DNA of 64,000 nucleotides from Seison nebaliae (GCA_023231475.1 JALJEE010002292.1:1-64000); one strand, 5' to 3'. Shown: positions 36,509-53,100, numbered from the stretch's first letter. Program-made: numbers and translations. The notes: generated by a model not told the origin, from the sequence alone.

Positions 36509-39500
36509 ATTTTTTAATAATTATAAAATAAATTTATTTATTCTTTTTATTCTTTTTTCATTTATTTTCTCATTTACCTTTCTCGACATAACATTTTATT
36601 GTTATTTAGTTTCTAAATTTAATATATATTATTTCTTATATTATTTTTTTAAATTTTAATATGAAATCAATATTTTGGGAAAGGTAAAAATGTGTCATGG
36701 ATGAAAATGAAACAATAGAATTGGAATGATGAAAATTCCATTTTGTTTTATAAACAAGAAAAGTTTCGATTGAAGAATAAACTTTTGTTGGATGTTTTTG
36801 ACCTTTTATCTCCTTCTATTGAATTGATCATCTTTCCATTGAATATAACGATGAATTTAACTTGTTTATGACTCCATTCATGAGAGGAGAGGATGATGAT
36901 CGTTCGATTCCGCTATTAGATTAGTAGTAGTAATTTTTAGTTGAGATAATTAGAAAGAAAGGAATCATCATTCCTCCGTAATCTTATCGAAATAGTTCCG
37001 TTAGTTCTACAAATTATCATCCGTATGATAGTTTGCTGGTTTATTCATCTTTCCGATATTTCGTACATACGTACGAATATCATACGTATGTTGACATATT
37101 ACGAACATTGAGATATCTAATGATAATTTCTACAAACATCATAAGAAGAAAATTCCATTAATTTTTCAAAATTATTTTTCTTTGTGAATTTTGTTTGTTT
37201 CTTTCATTCATTCGATCCTCCACCATTTAGCGATGTGACGGTAAAGTCGGATGTATGGATGACAAGATGATGACACAAATCAATCATGTTAATTTCATAA
37301 TCAAGATCAACACCATCACATCAATATCCGACGAGATTCAGGGTTAGACAGATGAAATTTGCACAATAATCCGTCCTCGTCTTGTGCATAATTCATAAAT
37401 TTCTCCTTCGCTCTCAATATTTGAATGATGAAGATTTCCAAGTTCCTATCAGAGACATGCCAATTTCCAAAGTGAATTCTTGCGAGAAAAGAAGGGAGTT
37501 GGAAAGAAATTAGGAATTGACTAGAAATTCAAATCATTCCAATCTTTGACGAACCATATGACAGGCAATAATATTCCATTGTAGGTTAATGGAGGCAATA
37601 AAATATTGGAGGAAAAGAATCGAAATATATTTTTCCAATATGAGATGTTCCTTTTCCACTCCACATTCTCTCGATATGTTTTCAAGAAAGAGAAATTATT
37701 TTTCCCATTTCCAAATGGGTAAACCGCCAAAGATTAATTTATGGGCGGTTGCCTTCTTCAATTTCGTACATCATTCTTCTTTCGCTATGTACGTCGACGT
37801 ACCTGAAGGAGAAAGGAAAACTAACTACTTAATCGTAAAGTATTACACCCGATTGTTGCATAAGAAGGAGAGGAAAATATTTTTTCTAACCCTGACAAGT
37901 CGACTTTCTAGTTAACTTGTTGAGTGGTTTTATATTATTATCTATTTAAAATTCTATTATTATCTATCATCGACAAAGTAGGAAATGAAAGAGAATCCTT
38001 TAACTACTCCTTCTTTTTGTTATCGAAATCTCAAGTATTTCTCTCGTTCTTTACAGTTATTGTCTTCAATTAACATCATAATTTATTTTATCGTTAAGAA
38101 ATTTTCTAAAAGTTGAACTCGAAGACTTCGAGTCGAAGTTTCTACTCCCAATATCAGTAATTTGAGGAAGGTGTTCTTCCTCACGAAACACATTTCTCTC
38201 ACCCAAATTTCCCTCATCAATTTGTAATAAACGATCAATTCTAATGAGTCGTATGCTATCGATTTTTCCCGCATTTAATGAAGTTTCTGATTTTCTTAAA
38301 TTTTTTTTTCATCTTTTTTCAATAATAAATTTGTTTTCTTTTTCACTTATCATCCCAAATGTCAGAGAATAAATGATAAGAGAAATTTTAAGTTGTGAAA
38401 AAAATTTTAAATGTTGTAAATTTTAAGAATCGAGAAAAAAGAGAATTCCTGATAAAGTCACACCTAGAAGGAGAAATGAAGGAATTCGTGTTAATTCTCA
38501 GTTATTTGAAATATTATGAGAAAGTGCTTTGACAGCTTGTCCAGTCAATTAATTAATGTAATAAATCTGCATTAGTCCGATGAAGTAATGGGAGAAGTTG
38601 CGGAAACAATGGATGTTTCGTTTTATATTATCCGGTTCAATGAAATCACAGTCAGTTGTTAACTTTCAACGAAATAGTTCATACCAATTATTATTCGTCC
38701 CCATAAAATGTTTCTTATCTTACTTTTTATTTGTTATTGTTTATCAACTCGCATTATCATTGTTGTGGTAGTCAAACAAACGATATGATTAGAGTCGATT
38801 TTCCTCCTTAATCATCTCTCGTAAACTTTCCCGTATAACGAAAGACGATTGAATTGATGCTCATCTATTCAAATTGAATTCATTAAAAGTTTATGGTAAA
38901 TTGGGGATGTGATCGATCACGAACATAATTATAGGGAAACCAATTTGTACAATGCAACTACAATTCCCTATTACTCCTTAACTAATAATTGATTCGATTA
39001 TCATAATTATCTTTCCTTCTCCGTTCTATATAATCAAATTACCATCCCAGTTGGAGCGAGTTCAAGCTTAAATTTATTTATTTTATTAATGATATCTCCA
39101 TTACATTTGATTGATTTCAATAAGAGAGTTCTCATTCGATTTCTCAATTTATCAACCACAAATTTTTCCAAAAAATTCCAATTGACCGAACGATAATTCA
39201 AATTATGCCGAATTTTTAGCTATATTTGGGCCAGAATAAAATTCGAATTTCTCTCTCACCTTCCGACGAATATAGAGAGAATATTATTGATGAATGGATA
39301 TTGATCGTTGCCTTGCGGGCGATGTGTGATGGTAATAATGGTCATAATCTAAACAAACAATATCTCCCCTATTAAATGGTACTCGACAAATGGATAAATA
39401 TGTATATGTCTATCGGATAAGTGTGTTGGATAAGTATATGAGAATTGCGGTTTCGTTTTCCCCTCGTCAATTCGATTGCGGTTGAATTCTTTTCAATTTA

Positions 39501-42500
39501 TTCCTACGTTTTCTTCCCAAATGTATACTGCTAATGGCAATTACAATTGTTTCTCATGAGGCCGCTCTCCATCAACCATTTTGAAGAAATAATAAACAAA
39601 AGTAATAATCGGCATCGAACCAGAAAAATCATTGAACTATCGGACTGCGTATTGAACTCGTTTAGTTCGAGTGATTTATTATTATTATTCCTCTTTCTAC
39701 CTACCTATCAATCAATCAATAAATTATTTGTACGTGTGCGGTAAGGCATTAAAATGAATCGATGGAATTCCATTCAAAATTAATTCGTTGAGAAAAGAAT
39801 TCATATCAAATGTTTTATTCAATTCTCATTCCAATGACATTGAACAAACAATAGTCGAAGTAATCGATAAGATTATAAATGCTCGTTAAATGATTCCTGT
39901 TTAACTGATGACGATGATGATGTTGATGAAATTGTTTTTTTCCATATTTATAGAAAATCATGTTTCATATCGTGAACATGGTGAGAGAGATGTGATCGAA
40001 CGATTAGATGGATATTTGAAAATATTTCCCTTCATTTCAGTTGATTGACATAAACCTCTGGTTATCGATCGAGTACAGTTGATCAAATCTCATCAGTCTT
40101 TTTATTGATGTGAAAATTTAAACAATAATAGATAACCATCGAATGTTCAAGGTGGATATCGAAAGGAAATTAGTAGATATCATTGTTCTCACTGAGATTT
40201 TTCTGCTAAAACACATTCCCCCACAGTCTATTATGAGGATTAGGAAGTAATGGGGGATAGAAATGAAATAGAGTTTAATTTATCCAATTTCCTAATACTC
40301 GTTAATATACAACATCTACGCACTAATACATGTGTATATCTCATTCATGTCATCATAATTATTATCACTAAAGGGAACTCGTTCGTCATTGTTGTTAGAA
40401 TTCACTAGACGTTACTACGTACCATCATCATTTCGTAGTCAATCTCGTAAACATAGAAGACGATTATAGAAGTTTCAAAAGAAAATATTGAAGAAGAAAG
40501 TTGACGGAGGTGGAAAGTTTCATAAAACAAAGAAATTCTTCTCTCAAAACATTGAGAGACAGATCACAATAGGTGAAGACCAAAACTTGTATTTCTATTT
40601 ATTCAACATTATTTAGTTTTCACGCCGCAACAAACTCATCCGTAACTTCTTTCCATGATAAATTCTCTTTCTTTCTTTTATTATCATTGTGCAATTGAAC
40701 ATTTTGAGGAAGTATGGGACGATTCATAAGGAAAGTATTGCACGACTTTCCCTTCATCGGCAGTTAGAGTTGAGGAGGTATTAAGTATTTAAAATATTAA
40801 CATTCAATTATGAATTACACTCCAATATAATCGCCATTTCCTTCATTCATCACGCTAATCATGTTCCTGGAAAACCAATTCCATTAGATTTGGATAATAT
40901 GGAATTACAGATTGGAGGTAGATGGAGGATAGGAAACGAAATAACTGTAATCAACTCACGGAAATGAGAAGGTAGCAGACCTCATTAAAGAATCAGTCAA
41001 CAAGGAACTGTTGAAGTTGAAAGTAATAATAATTGGAAGTACGAGTTCCCCTCACGGTCTGAGTTGGGCGGACGTTTTCACCTCAGATTTATACAACAGT
41101 TGGCGAGGCACATGTTTAATTTACTGTTCTTTCCTTACACACTCCGTACTTGTAGTACTTCTTCTTGGGTTAGATTCGTCTTGTTCCTTCTTCCCTTTCA
41201 TACTTCACATTTCGTATTTATATGAAAACGAATGATGAAAATGTTGTTTGCTCAACGAATAAAACAAAGGAAACAGTCGAATATTTAGTTGGGAAGATGT
41301 CTTGGGAAAGAACATGTTTATACTTTCTTCCCAATAATGAGGTCTGGTCTCTCGTCAATTATAAATAATTTCATTTCTGTTATATCATAAAACTATTTGT
41401 TTAGTATTGATGAAGATAACTCGAATCGAATATCGAATTGTTTGGAAGGAAGAAAGTGATAGGAACAGAAGAAAACGATAATACTTGTCGAATTAGAGAT
41501 TTGTGTCGAATTAAGAACAAAGTAAATTATGGTAAATGATGGATCATATGTTCGATGACATTTTTCCTTTTCGTTAATAAAATCTCGACAACGTAATTGG
41601 AATTATCAATATTATCACTCTTCATGTGTAATCCATCTGATACCAATGAACTGTTCGTTGTTTACTCAAAATAATTCACTTAATTCTTGTCACATTAAAT
41701 CATTCATCTTTCCCAATCACTAACTGAACGTTCATCATCAATATCTGAGTCAATTCATCTTATCTCTCCAAATTGTTCGACTACGACGAATATTCGAATG
41801 ACATTTCACTACAACGAAAACAGTTTGTCTGTTGATTGATGGTTGTATGTACTCAATGAAGAATTTTTCTCCAAAGTTATCTGACTTATCGACTCGGAGT
41901 TAGAACGGTTTTCTTATGAACATTTCATTGATTTATTGTTCGACTACTATCGATCTTCAATAAAATCAGATAAAGCTCAAAATATTTTCCTGCTTCTTTA
42001 TCATCAAATTCATTTCTTCTTACGTATTCGCTTATTATATCATATTGTTAGTGATGCTTCTTACCATTTCCATTCTCCCAATGATGATAATCCTTAAATT
42101 ACAAAAAAGAATTAATAAGTGCTCACATGAAATGAGCAGATTGTTTATATTCCAATTTGATCATGCATCGATTGCATGACGTTCTTTTATAATGCGATTC
42201 CAATCATATTATGTCTACATGTAGAGCACACTTTCCGCCCTCCCATGAATATACCGAAATCGGCGAAATGTTCTTTAGGGTCAAGTTCTACACAAATATT
42301 ATTCTCTTCCAAATTAACTAGTCTTTCTCCTTCTAAAATGCGTAATTGTAGAATTTGCATAAGAAATTTCTTTTAAGTATTATCCTAATGATGGTATTAA
42401 GATTTTTATGCAGATTTTATGCATCATTTACATTTATCTTTTCCGTCCTTTTCACCGTTCCCATTTCGGGTGGGGATTAGTTGAAAATTCAAATTAAATT

Positions 42501-45500
42501 TTCTCTCCTATCAAAATAAACTTTCTTGTAAGAACTTCATGTAATGTTATAAGGAGATATCGATTATTTACTTATCGTTTGAAAATTTGTTCAAAATTCC
42601 TTCCAATAAATTCCAGTTTAGTTCGAATTAGAAGATAAATAAACTTTCTTTCAATCACAACTTCGTCCAAAGTTCTAACCGATTTCTTTCTAGACAATTT
42701 AATCATAGTAGTATTATCACGATTCGTCATTCACTGATTCACAATTAATTCACTACAATTCTTCCTCTTCATTTAACGAATAGTCGTGAATTAAGTCATT
42801 TGCTAAACAACACATTATAATTACTATATTTTCACTCCAAACACAACGAAGGTAAAATGGAAGACGAAACTATATTTATTATTATTCAATAGGGAAGTGA
42901 GCGAAATTGATTGTAATAAACGTTTCTAAAACTTCCGCCCTATTTACGCGACTCAGTCAATAACTTTATTTTCATACGAAATAATTTCACTTTCGTTAAT
43001 TTCTTCGTTGACAATACGTTGTATTTGTGTGCTACCCTAAAATTTCGAGGTTTTCTCATACTTAATTGATTCGATCATGACTTTCTCCTGCCAATTCATC
43101 ATAAGAAAGTCAATTAAATATTTTTAATAATTATAATTAATTAACATTTCTAGTTGATTCTTACCACGTGATTTCTTTTGTCATTTATTCTGATTTCTTA
43201 TCAATATTCTCTATCGATTTCAAATCAGTTCTTTCTCATCGAAAGAACAATCGAATTGAAATAGACAATAGTTTTCTTTGGAGAAAAAACCTTCAATCAT
43301 ATTTCTATTTGATCCAACCATCTCAATGTTATAATCAATATTACGATTGATTGCGTGTCAAATAAAAGTTTCGAGATGGCAATTTCTTTAGACAGGAACT
43401 GTTAGATTTTTGATGATGGAAATCTCAAGGAACTAGGATCGATGTTACGTCGACCCAATCGGAGGTATTGTCACTGTGTGAAATTTTCGTGCACATTTTG
43501 TGCATTGATGTAATGAAAATGAATTCTATTAGCGACACATCACACAATGGATGATGTTATAGAATTATGAGAGAAAACCAATATAAGAGAAAATCATGTA
43601 TTATCGAACACCTCATCTACGATTACAGACAATGTGGAACAGACTTCCGTCAAAACGGTGAAATGACGATCTCTTCAAATTATTATAAAAAAATTTTATT
43701 ATAAGGAAAACATCACCCGTTGATCCATCGTGCCACTGTGACATTATTTGTCGTTCGAGGAAAAAATGTATTATCTTTCCCTATTATTTCTCACATCAGA
43801 TTTCTTTCGAACGAAATTAATGGTTGGATATATGAAATTCTTCTTCTTCAAATGAAAAACCTGAAGTAGTATCGGACAGATGAATATCTCGACAGTGAAA
43901 TCAGATACTGCTTTATTAAAAGAAATTTCATATTTCAATCAGGTTATTTGTGACTTGACTATTTTCAATTACCATCATTAAATTGAAATGAAGATATATA
44001 GAATTAAAACTTTTTTTGCAGTAATTCATTGTTGTGATATAATTGTTAAGACCTAAATTGTCTTTTTTCTATGAAAATGAAAAGTCATGACAATAATTAT
44101 ATGAAATTATTATCAAAATTTTCGTAAGAAAATTCAAATTGTTCGGGGTAATTTTTTGGTACTATGATTGTTGTGTCCTATTGATCTTTTGTCTGTACGT
44201 CTCAGGTAAAGAAGTTCTTGAATTAGAAGAGATGACTAATACATGAGATTGTGAATAATTTATGTTGTTCCGATGTATATTCTTATCAATTGCATCACGT
44301 CAGCTGATGATAAATCTATTCAATTCTCTTTAATGGTCGACATGCTAACTAATTTGGTTGTGGTGAAATATTTATGGCATTTCTCTTTCACTGCTAGCTA
44401 GCTAGCTCCTGAATGCAAATGTACAAACATCGTCTACATTATTCATAATTTACATAAACTCTCCATTTGTTCACATCATTCTTTATGTTTGTTCCAAATG
44501 TACATTGTATATCTATTTCCAACTGATGATACATCGAAATTAACATATTATTACGATTGTTAATGATCGAGTCCACTCCACAAACCTCAATCGTTTCACT
44601 AATACATTTCGTCTTCCATCGTTCAAAAAAAAACACTTGAATAATTTTTAGATTATTGTCCGATGATTTTCTTTCATACACAAATAACGACCCTAGAGAA
44701 AGTTTGAGGGAGAATGTACCCGAAATCCAGTTCATTCACTAACCATCATTATAATTCTCTTTCACTTTTGCTTCTACCATCAATGAAGTGTAAATGCCAC
44801 TCACAACTGTTGTGATTGGGGAGCAACATCTCGAACTATGATGATTCCTCACTATTTCTCTTCAATACATTACGTAATTGGTATCATAATTATTTTATGG
44901 GAACGAAACGTATTACACTCATTTCTATAAATATTCGAGTATTCATATATATATATATATATTCATTTTTATCGTAATAGTAGTATCATAGCAGTAAGTA
45001 ATGGGAGAAATAATATGGTTTTCTCAATTTCGTCATTTTTCATTTTTCGGTATAACATTTCAGTTTTTTTTCACAAAATGTCGATGTCAACGACGACGAC
45101 GATTAGAAATGGCAAAATTGTACCTCGGTGTACATTTCCGCTTATTGATTAGATCTTTCCACCAACTCAAATTACTAGATAGTTTTATTTGATAAGAAGG
45201 AAAAGGGAAAGGACATTTCCCATTCATTCTGTTCGTCGCCATCTCAATATTCTTATCGAACAGATCTCAATAGATCTCCAACAGTTGTCGTTAAAAGGAA
45301 GTTGAGAATTTCATTTTTTTTCGTAAACATATATCTTTTTGACATTATGTAATCGGCGCTCAATTTGATGTTAAGATCAATAATGATGATCGTTTTGTTT
45401 CTGATATTTTCATTTTGTGTATATCAATTCTCTTTTAATCTTCCGACCATCCATTCGGAAAATCGGAAGGAATTTCCATCAACCCACCACGTACACAACT

Positions 45501-47110
45501 GAGAGAAGGGGAATTTATTATTAAGAATTGTGGTTTCTGCCGGAAGTTTCTTTCGTTTAATGTCCATCATAAAGAAAGTAGTAGTGCGGTTTTGAGTAGT
45601 ATGTTTTCCCATCCGATTCTTTCCACATTTGTGTCTATTGCATCATTATTACGGTCGTTTATTCATCTATTATTTATGTAGATGAATGAACTATTATTTT
45701 CCACTTATTTCCCACTAATGACCATAAACTACTTGATGATGAACCGATTTTCGACAGTGTTCCCATTCATTAAAGGAAAGAAGAGAATTCCATACGAATT
45801 ACCACAAGAATTGCCAGACATAATTCTATTAGGAATCTATGAATACTTCATAATTACATTAGTCGTTCCGAAACTATCCTCCCTCTAATACATATGCACA
45901 GGAAAGGAAAGTCACATGGTAACTTCAGATTCTTATCTGAAACATCGAATGAATAAGAGAATCATAATTATAATGAAAACGTAATGAACACCAAATTTTC
46001 GTGTACACTTCAACGAAACATTCAAAAAATTTACATTCCCCCACAATTATTTGGTGAGGAATCAGTTTGTTCGTTTCCTCCATCGACTTTCTAATTCGAC
46101 GATGTTTCTCGTTATCGTCAATGGGAAATTCTTTGAGAAAAATGAAATTCATATTCGTTTCCCCTTTCGCAAAGAATTTTTTTGTCTTTTTATCGAGTTT
46201 CACTCTTCCTACTCTTCTCGTATGTCGACGAAGTGAAACGCGGCCAACAAAAGATCGACGACGTGTTGAAAAATGAAATAATTTCACGTAATTATCATAA
46301 TGGTTGTAGATGATGACGGTCTTAGTGAAGATGATGGCGATAGTAGGCATGATAGCTTAATGTTAGGATGAAAGACGAGAAATTCATAGAAAGTTTCCTC
46401 TTCCCGTTCATCGACCTCTATCGAGAGAAAATCGTTCGGAAATATTCGAATTTTACTCATCTTTATCTGGACTCGTAGTCGATTAATCTTCATCTATTGG
46501 AAATGAAAGAATACTTCATCAATCAATAAAATGAACATATTTATCACTCTAAATTCAATTTCCTAACAACTTTCCACATTTCTCCTTCCAACATTTTTCC
46601 CCTATAATTATTTTCATGAATTCGTCTTCTGATGCATTAAATCGTTTCCATCATTATGTTCATGAAGGAGAAATTATTTTTTTCTCATCAACTTATTCAT
46701 TGAATGACATCTTCTTCTTATTATTATTTTTCTTCATCGTTCAAATTTCCATCACTGATGATTTAATTATGATTTTTTATTGGATATTTTTATTAGAAAA
46801 ATGCAGATGATTCTTTCTCTCATAAAGATGAGAAGAGATTTGTGAAATAAAAAATTTCTTTTTTTCACAAAAAAACTAATCACCATCCGGATTTGTTCAA
46901 TGGTTTGCAAATGCATTTGATGTATGTCGATGAGAGTGCAAAAGAGCAAATTATGCGAAGCTGACCTGATCATTTCTAAATAGTGATATCATTCAGAAAA
47001 TTCTCTTTTCCCACAACATTACTCCCTACCAACATTCTGTCACTACCAAAAATATTCTAATTTGGTGAAAGTAAAGTGGCGATTGACATCTAAGCGAATT
47101 ATCATTCTTA

Positions 47111-50100
47111 ATGTATAGTGATGATAATATGGATTTTACAAATCATTTGATTGATCATACGATGTATGGTGGGGTGAATGACGAGAATATGGAGATGAAG
47201 AAAGAAAGAAAGGAAAAGGATTTATTCGAATACGATATGGTGAAGTGGGACTTGAATGCATTAAATGAAAATAATAATTCCTCTTCTCGTCGATGTTGTC
47301 CATTGTCGATCAATTATCCCAATTCAAATTTTCATAAATTAAACAAGAAATCTGATGGAATGACTGACAGTGGTCAGAATGGTGAAAATTGTTTGAAATG
47401 TTCCACAAAGATCGGACAATTCGACGAATTGATCAAGATAGTGAGTTCGAAAAGAAAATTCCGTTCGAATTGTTTCGGAAGAAAAAATGAAACAGAAATA
47501 TCCTCTTCAAATTTCCTCGATTTTTTGCACGACGATTCCAATGAGAAAGACGCATTAAATCTCAATTTTAATTTGGAATGTCAACGAATTCATCGATTAT
47601 TTTTCCAGCTGTTCATTTTCGTCACACTTCTCCTCTCCCTCATAGTGTTGGGTGGACGATTATATTTCATTCATCAACAAAATTCATCAACCAATTTTCA
47701 AATTCAGGAAAATTTAACGATATCGAAGAGAAATTTCAGTTTTATTCGTTTGTTGCAAGAAGAGAATATTAATAATTATTTTCATAAGAAATGGAAGAGA
47801 AATGACGATTTGTCATATTATCCTTTAAAATTGGAAGATTTCATCAGGAAAATCAATTCGTCGAAATGGAACGGTGATGAAAAGAAACTTTTCCAAATTC
47901 CACAAACCATCGACGAATTAGACGAGAAAACGACCGTTTTATATTATACGAAAATTTCAATTTATATTTCCATCATTATCGTCTTTATTCTCTTCGTTTT
48001 ATTCCAACACTGTCATCAGGATCAATGTAAATATTTCAATCAATTCATCCTCGTCGTCATTGTATTTGTCGTCATATTTTATTATTATATTCTCCCACTC
48101 ATTCTCCAATTATTCGCTATGATTAGTTTGAATGAGATAACGAGAAATTTTCAAAATCTCCCACTCGATCTCAACGATTATTCGAACGATTCTCTATCAA
48201 TTCGGTTGACGAGTGAAAATTCGTTCGAGAAATATTCAAATGAAATTATCATGAAATGTCATTCGATCAATAACAATATCATTATTGCCGGTACGAATTA
48301 TTATATCGATCAAAATCAATCATTCTCCAAAAATCATATTGGGAAAATTGAGAAGGATATTCGATACCTGTGGAATAATCATCATAATCGACTCATCGAA
48401 TTATTGGGCAAATTCATCAATGTGAATATGTTGGAAAGTGTTGTGGATGAGAAGAATTTAATAATCGAATTAAATTCTTTATTTGCATTGACTATTTTAT
48501 TGGTAATGATAATTCATCTATTTCTCTCCATCAGTTCCGGAACGATCGTTGCACATTTACTCACTCTCGTCTCCTTTTTCTTTCATAATCTTCTCTCATT
48601 CTTACTCATTTGGCTACAACAATTCGCTCAGAACGAACAGAAACGTCAAACGGAATTATTTCAATTTATTCTACAAATCTTGAGAGAAAAGTTTAGCGTC
48701 AATTTAGTCTTGCTTCGAATCCATCACTCACTCCACAATTACTCACCATATTTCCATTGGAACGGAATGAAATTAAATCTCAAAATTTTACTCTTAACAC
48801 AAATCATCATTTTTTTCACGATTTGGATATTCGTCGCTTCTTTACGTCAATATTTCCGTCGTATCTTCTTCCAAGCGTCATTCATCCAATGCCGATTAAC
48901 GTTCGACGAATGTCAACAAAAGAAACTTAATAAAAATATAAAAAACTTAAATCTCCTTTCCGACATTTATCAACAAATGACGAGCAATTCAACTACCGTT
49001 AGTACGATGCAAACTGAATTGTCGCAACGAACTCAATTACTGAGAACGATGAATTGTAACAAATCGAATAATTCCACAACGATCTTGAACAATCGTTTAA
49101 ATTCCATCAATCATCAAACGATCTCCATCAATCGACACGATTGTTCTCAACGTTCAAAAAAGAATGTCCGAATGAATGTCGGTTCGATTTTCTCTGAAAA
49201 GAATAAAAATTGCGAATTGTATCGTTCTCAGACATTTTTGAACGCGGCACTTCATTCAAAAACCACAAATGATTTCCAACAATTAAATAATCGGAATAAT
49301 GGTAAATTACTACAACCGTCGTCATCCGTTTTGCCTAAACGTAATTGTACCTTCAACATTCACAATTCTCGATCGATGCATCAAATTTTGAAAAATCGAG
49401 ATAATCGACGAATTCCCGAATCGAAAACGACGATGAATCGATTTTCCGTTTATGTACCATCAGAACCATTAAGTGTTCGATTGCCCTTATCATCGTCAAC
49501 ATTAGAATCGAGTGATATGATGTTCAAACAAGTTTATCATTGGAAAACGAATGAATATGATTCGAGTATTTTCATTCGATGTAAATTCGATTCATTAAAT
49601 TTAATTTTTTCAAATTTGGACAATAAGAAATCGTTGAAAATTCTCGATCTTTATTTGTATGTTCTAATGAATTTAATTGAATATCATGGGATGGAAATGA
49701 TCGAATGGAACGACGATACCATCACTTTACGTTTGTGTATTGGGGATGAAGATGAATTTAACGGAACTTCAACTCATTCCATCGATCAATTGTGTAATAA
49801 ATTCGTCAAATCGATATTTTTCTGTCAATGTTTAATAAAATTTATTCAAAAATTAAATCAGAAATATAATTCAAATTTAGTCACTTTCTTCGCCATTTCA
49901 ACGGACTTCCCTCGAGAAACGAATCATCAATTCGATGATGTTAGTGATGAATTGAGATGGCTGTTGGAGAATTGTATCGAGAATAAAATTCATTTAATTA
50001 TTTCTCTGTATCAACAATATATCTCAACGAAATTTCATAGTTCTCTCGAGAATTTATTCAATTTCTATATTTTCTCTTCCGATCATCTCAACAATCAATT

Positions 50101-53100
50101 AATTTCTATTCAATTCGAAGTCAATTTCTTTACTAACGATCCATCGCCAATGATCGATAATCTTGACAACAACAACAACAATACGAATAAACATAATACT
50201 TCAACGACTTTAATGGAATTGTCGACGGACACGATATTTTTATCATCATCTCCAACATCTACAAATCATAAGTCGATTTCGAATCAAACTAATCGTAGTC
50301 TGTCAACGGAATTGAAAAGGAATCAGACGAATCGATCGAATCGGAGAAATATCCGTTCGTCGAGTTGTGTGAATAATGCGTCGATAAATAAACGGAAGAA
50401 TCCGAAGAATATGATGGAGAAATTGAAGACGACACAAATCAATAATTCGATGATTGATGAAGATCATAATTGGATTCATCTTCTCAATGTCGAATCGAAT
50501 AATTTATTGAAATGTCTCATAGAACAAAATTTATCGACTCTCACCAATTCAAATAAGAATGGAATTTTCATGAATTATTTATTGACACCATTCCATCTCA
50601 TGAAAACAGCGTCGTCATTGACGTTAACTGGAAAACAGAATTGTTTAACGACGTACAAAACTCAATCGCTTTTTCGACGATCGATTGAAAATAAATTAAA
50701 TTTCTTTTCATTAAAATTCTCTAATAACGATATCGAAAATGAATATGAAATTTACCGTCGGAAAAACCGCAATTCTCCAATGATCAATTTGAAGTATTTA
50801 TGGTTTATTACCATCTTCCTCATTTGTATGGAATCGGTTTTATTCCTCTTAATCATCTATTTGAATGATATGTCGATGAAATTGATAATTTTCGAACGGT
50901 CAACAATTCTTTTCTTAATTTTGATACATATTTTATTTCTATTCATCATCAATCGATGTGTATGTCTAAAAAGGAAAGTGAATGAATGTAAATTATCATC
51001 AAACAACAACAATCGATTTCCTTCATATTTATATTCGAATTTGAAAAATGATAAATCTGGAGAATTATCATCATCATCGTCATCATCAGCTGAATTGATC
51101 AGTATCGATCATAAAGAATCGACGATCAATTTGATTAAATCAAACAATTCGAAAACATCTCGTTGCGATAACATCAAATGGAATTTACTTCATCATATCA
51201 CTTTATTGATCGTTTTCTATTTGATCGGAACATACATCATTCCGTCGTCGATGGAAAATTATTGTAATTTCACTCGATTGAAAATGGGAAGAAATGAAAG
51301 TGAAAATTGTTGGAATAACCTCAAATTGATCTCCGAAATTTTCCATCCATTCATTTCCATCAAAACGGTTATGGATTATTTGAGAAATTATCAGATCATT
51401 CTTTATATTCCTCTCATCTTCTCGTTGTTTACGATTCCTTTTTATTTATTGAAATGGATTCATTCGATCATCCTCTCCACTTTCTTCTTCTTTTCCATCT
51501 TGACGGTTTATTCGATCGATATATTCTGGTCGTTAAATCCGTTAGCACAAACCGATCAATATTATTTGAATTTGAAAAAGATCAATATCATTTCAATCCA
51601 ATTCATTGTTGGATGTTGGTTAATGATTAGTCTCTTCTTCTATGTCATTAAATGGTTAAATCGAATTTATTTCATAAATAATTATCAATTGAATTCGAAT
51701 ATCGAAAAACATTCATATTTCAATAAGACGAATGTCGATTATATGATCAAAGAACAATTACTCCCAAAAAGAATCTTCAAATATTTTCTCAACGCATTGA
51801 ATCGGACTAATGACGACGATTTTCAAGATTATAATGAACTGATAAGAAAACCGGAAATTATTGAAGAATGTCAATTACCATATCATTCAATACATAACGA
51901 AATTGCTTTGGGAAAGATTCGTTGCGTCCTATCGAACGATCTCAAAAAGAATATTCATTTAACTAAATGTCAAATAATTTCTCTGGTGAATGATCTATTG
52001 AAACCGGAATCACGATTCAATGGAATACGTCCATACTTCTTCAACGACTCGTCATCGAACATGATGGAAATCACTTTCTTCAACGAAGTTCACACGCCCA
52101 TCAAATACAATAACGTTCATGAACATAATCGTCATTTGTCGAGTTCGATGGCACAATTAATCGAATTCGTTTTCGTTCTCAAAGAGTCGTTAAATGAGAA
52201 GAAATTTTCCGGTAATATTCAATTCCATTCAGGTTTTTTATTAAATTCAAATAATATTTAAATTTAAATTTTAAATTTTAATTCATTTCATTAGCATTAC
52301 ATATGGGTTATGTGGTTGAAGTGGCGGTATTGAACAAGACAAATGATATGACATTATTCACTAATCAACCCTTACAATTATGGGGACATGGAATTTATGC
52401 GTTGAATAATCTATTACTCAACTGTAACAGTCAATGTTGTCTCGTTAGTTTAATTTATGTGAGAAATTTGTTCAATAGTTTTTCGTTCAATTTATTCATC
52501 AAAAGGTCTCTCCAAATGTTGTACATTTATTATCAAATAGTAATTACAATTTCAAATCAGTTGGATCACTCATCTTGATCAATGGATGTATTACACAAAT
52601 TTATGAATTGGTCGGTCGTTGTACCGACGAACATCCAAAATTTGAAGGTTTTTTCATTTCCATCAAATTTAAATAATTTTTCATTCGATTTAGGTAATGC
52701 CACATTCGTCGCTAAAGTACCGTTACAATTCAGTCGGCTATTGTCGAAAGAGGATGCATTGAAAGAATTGAAACCAGTGAAAGAATTAGCAAGATCGTTA
52801 TCGTCTACAAACGTCTTCACTTCCAGTTCCACCTCCTCCATGCTCATGAGACGAGTAGCGAAATCGCCGAAAAAATTGACGAAAAGTAAACGGAATATCA
52901 ATTCGGCGAAATCGAAACCGAAAAGTAAACGGTCAACTAGTAACAAAACGAATTCATCGAACAAGAAGAAAAAGGAAGAGAAATTTGAAGAGAAGAAAAC
53001 ATCTCGTCCACCGACGAATAAACCTAAAATTATTTCCAACGATGAGAAAGTCGAACAATTACTCGATACATTACAATGTATTCAAGCCAAATTGGAGACG

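Noticed and set aside
45925..46493. 141-aa and 69-aa minus-strand ORFs in the gene-free block
   Set aside because: No recognisable domain or consistent splice model; compatible with chance ORFs
36510..47110. tRNA, snRNA or spliced-leader RNA genes
   Set aside because: No cloverleaf, snRNA or leader motif recognised by eye; a covariance-model search is needed to exclude them
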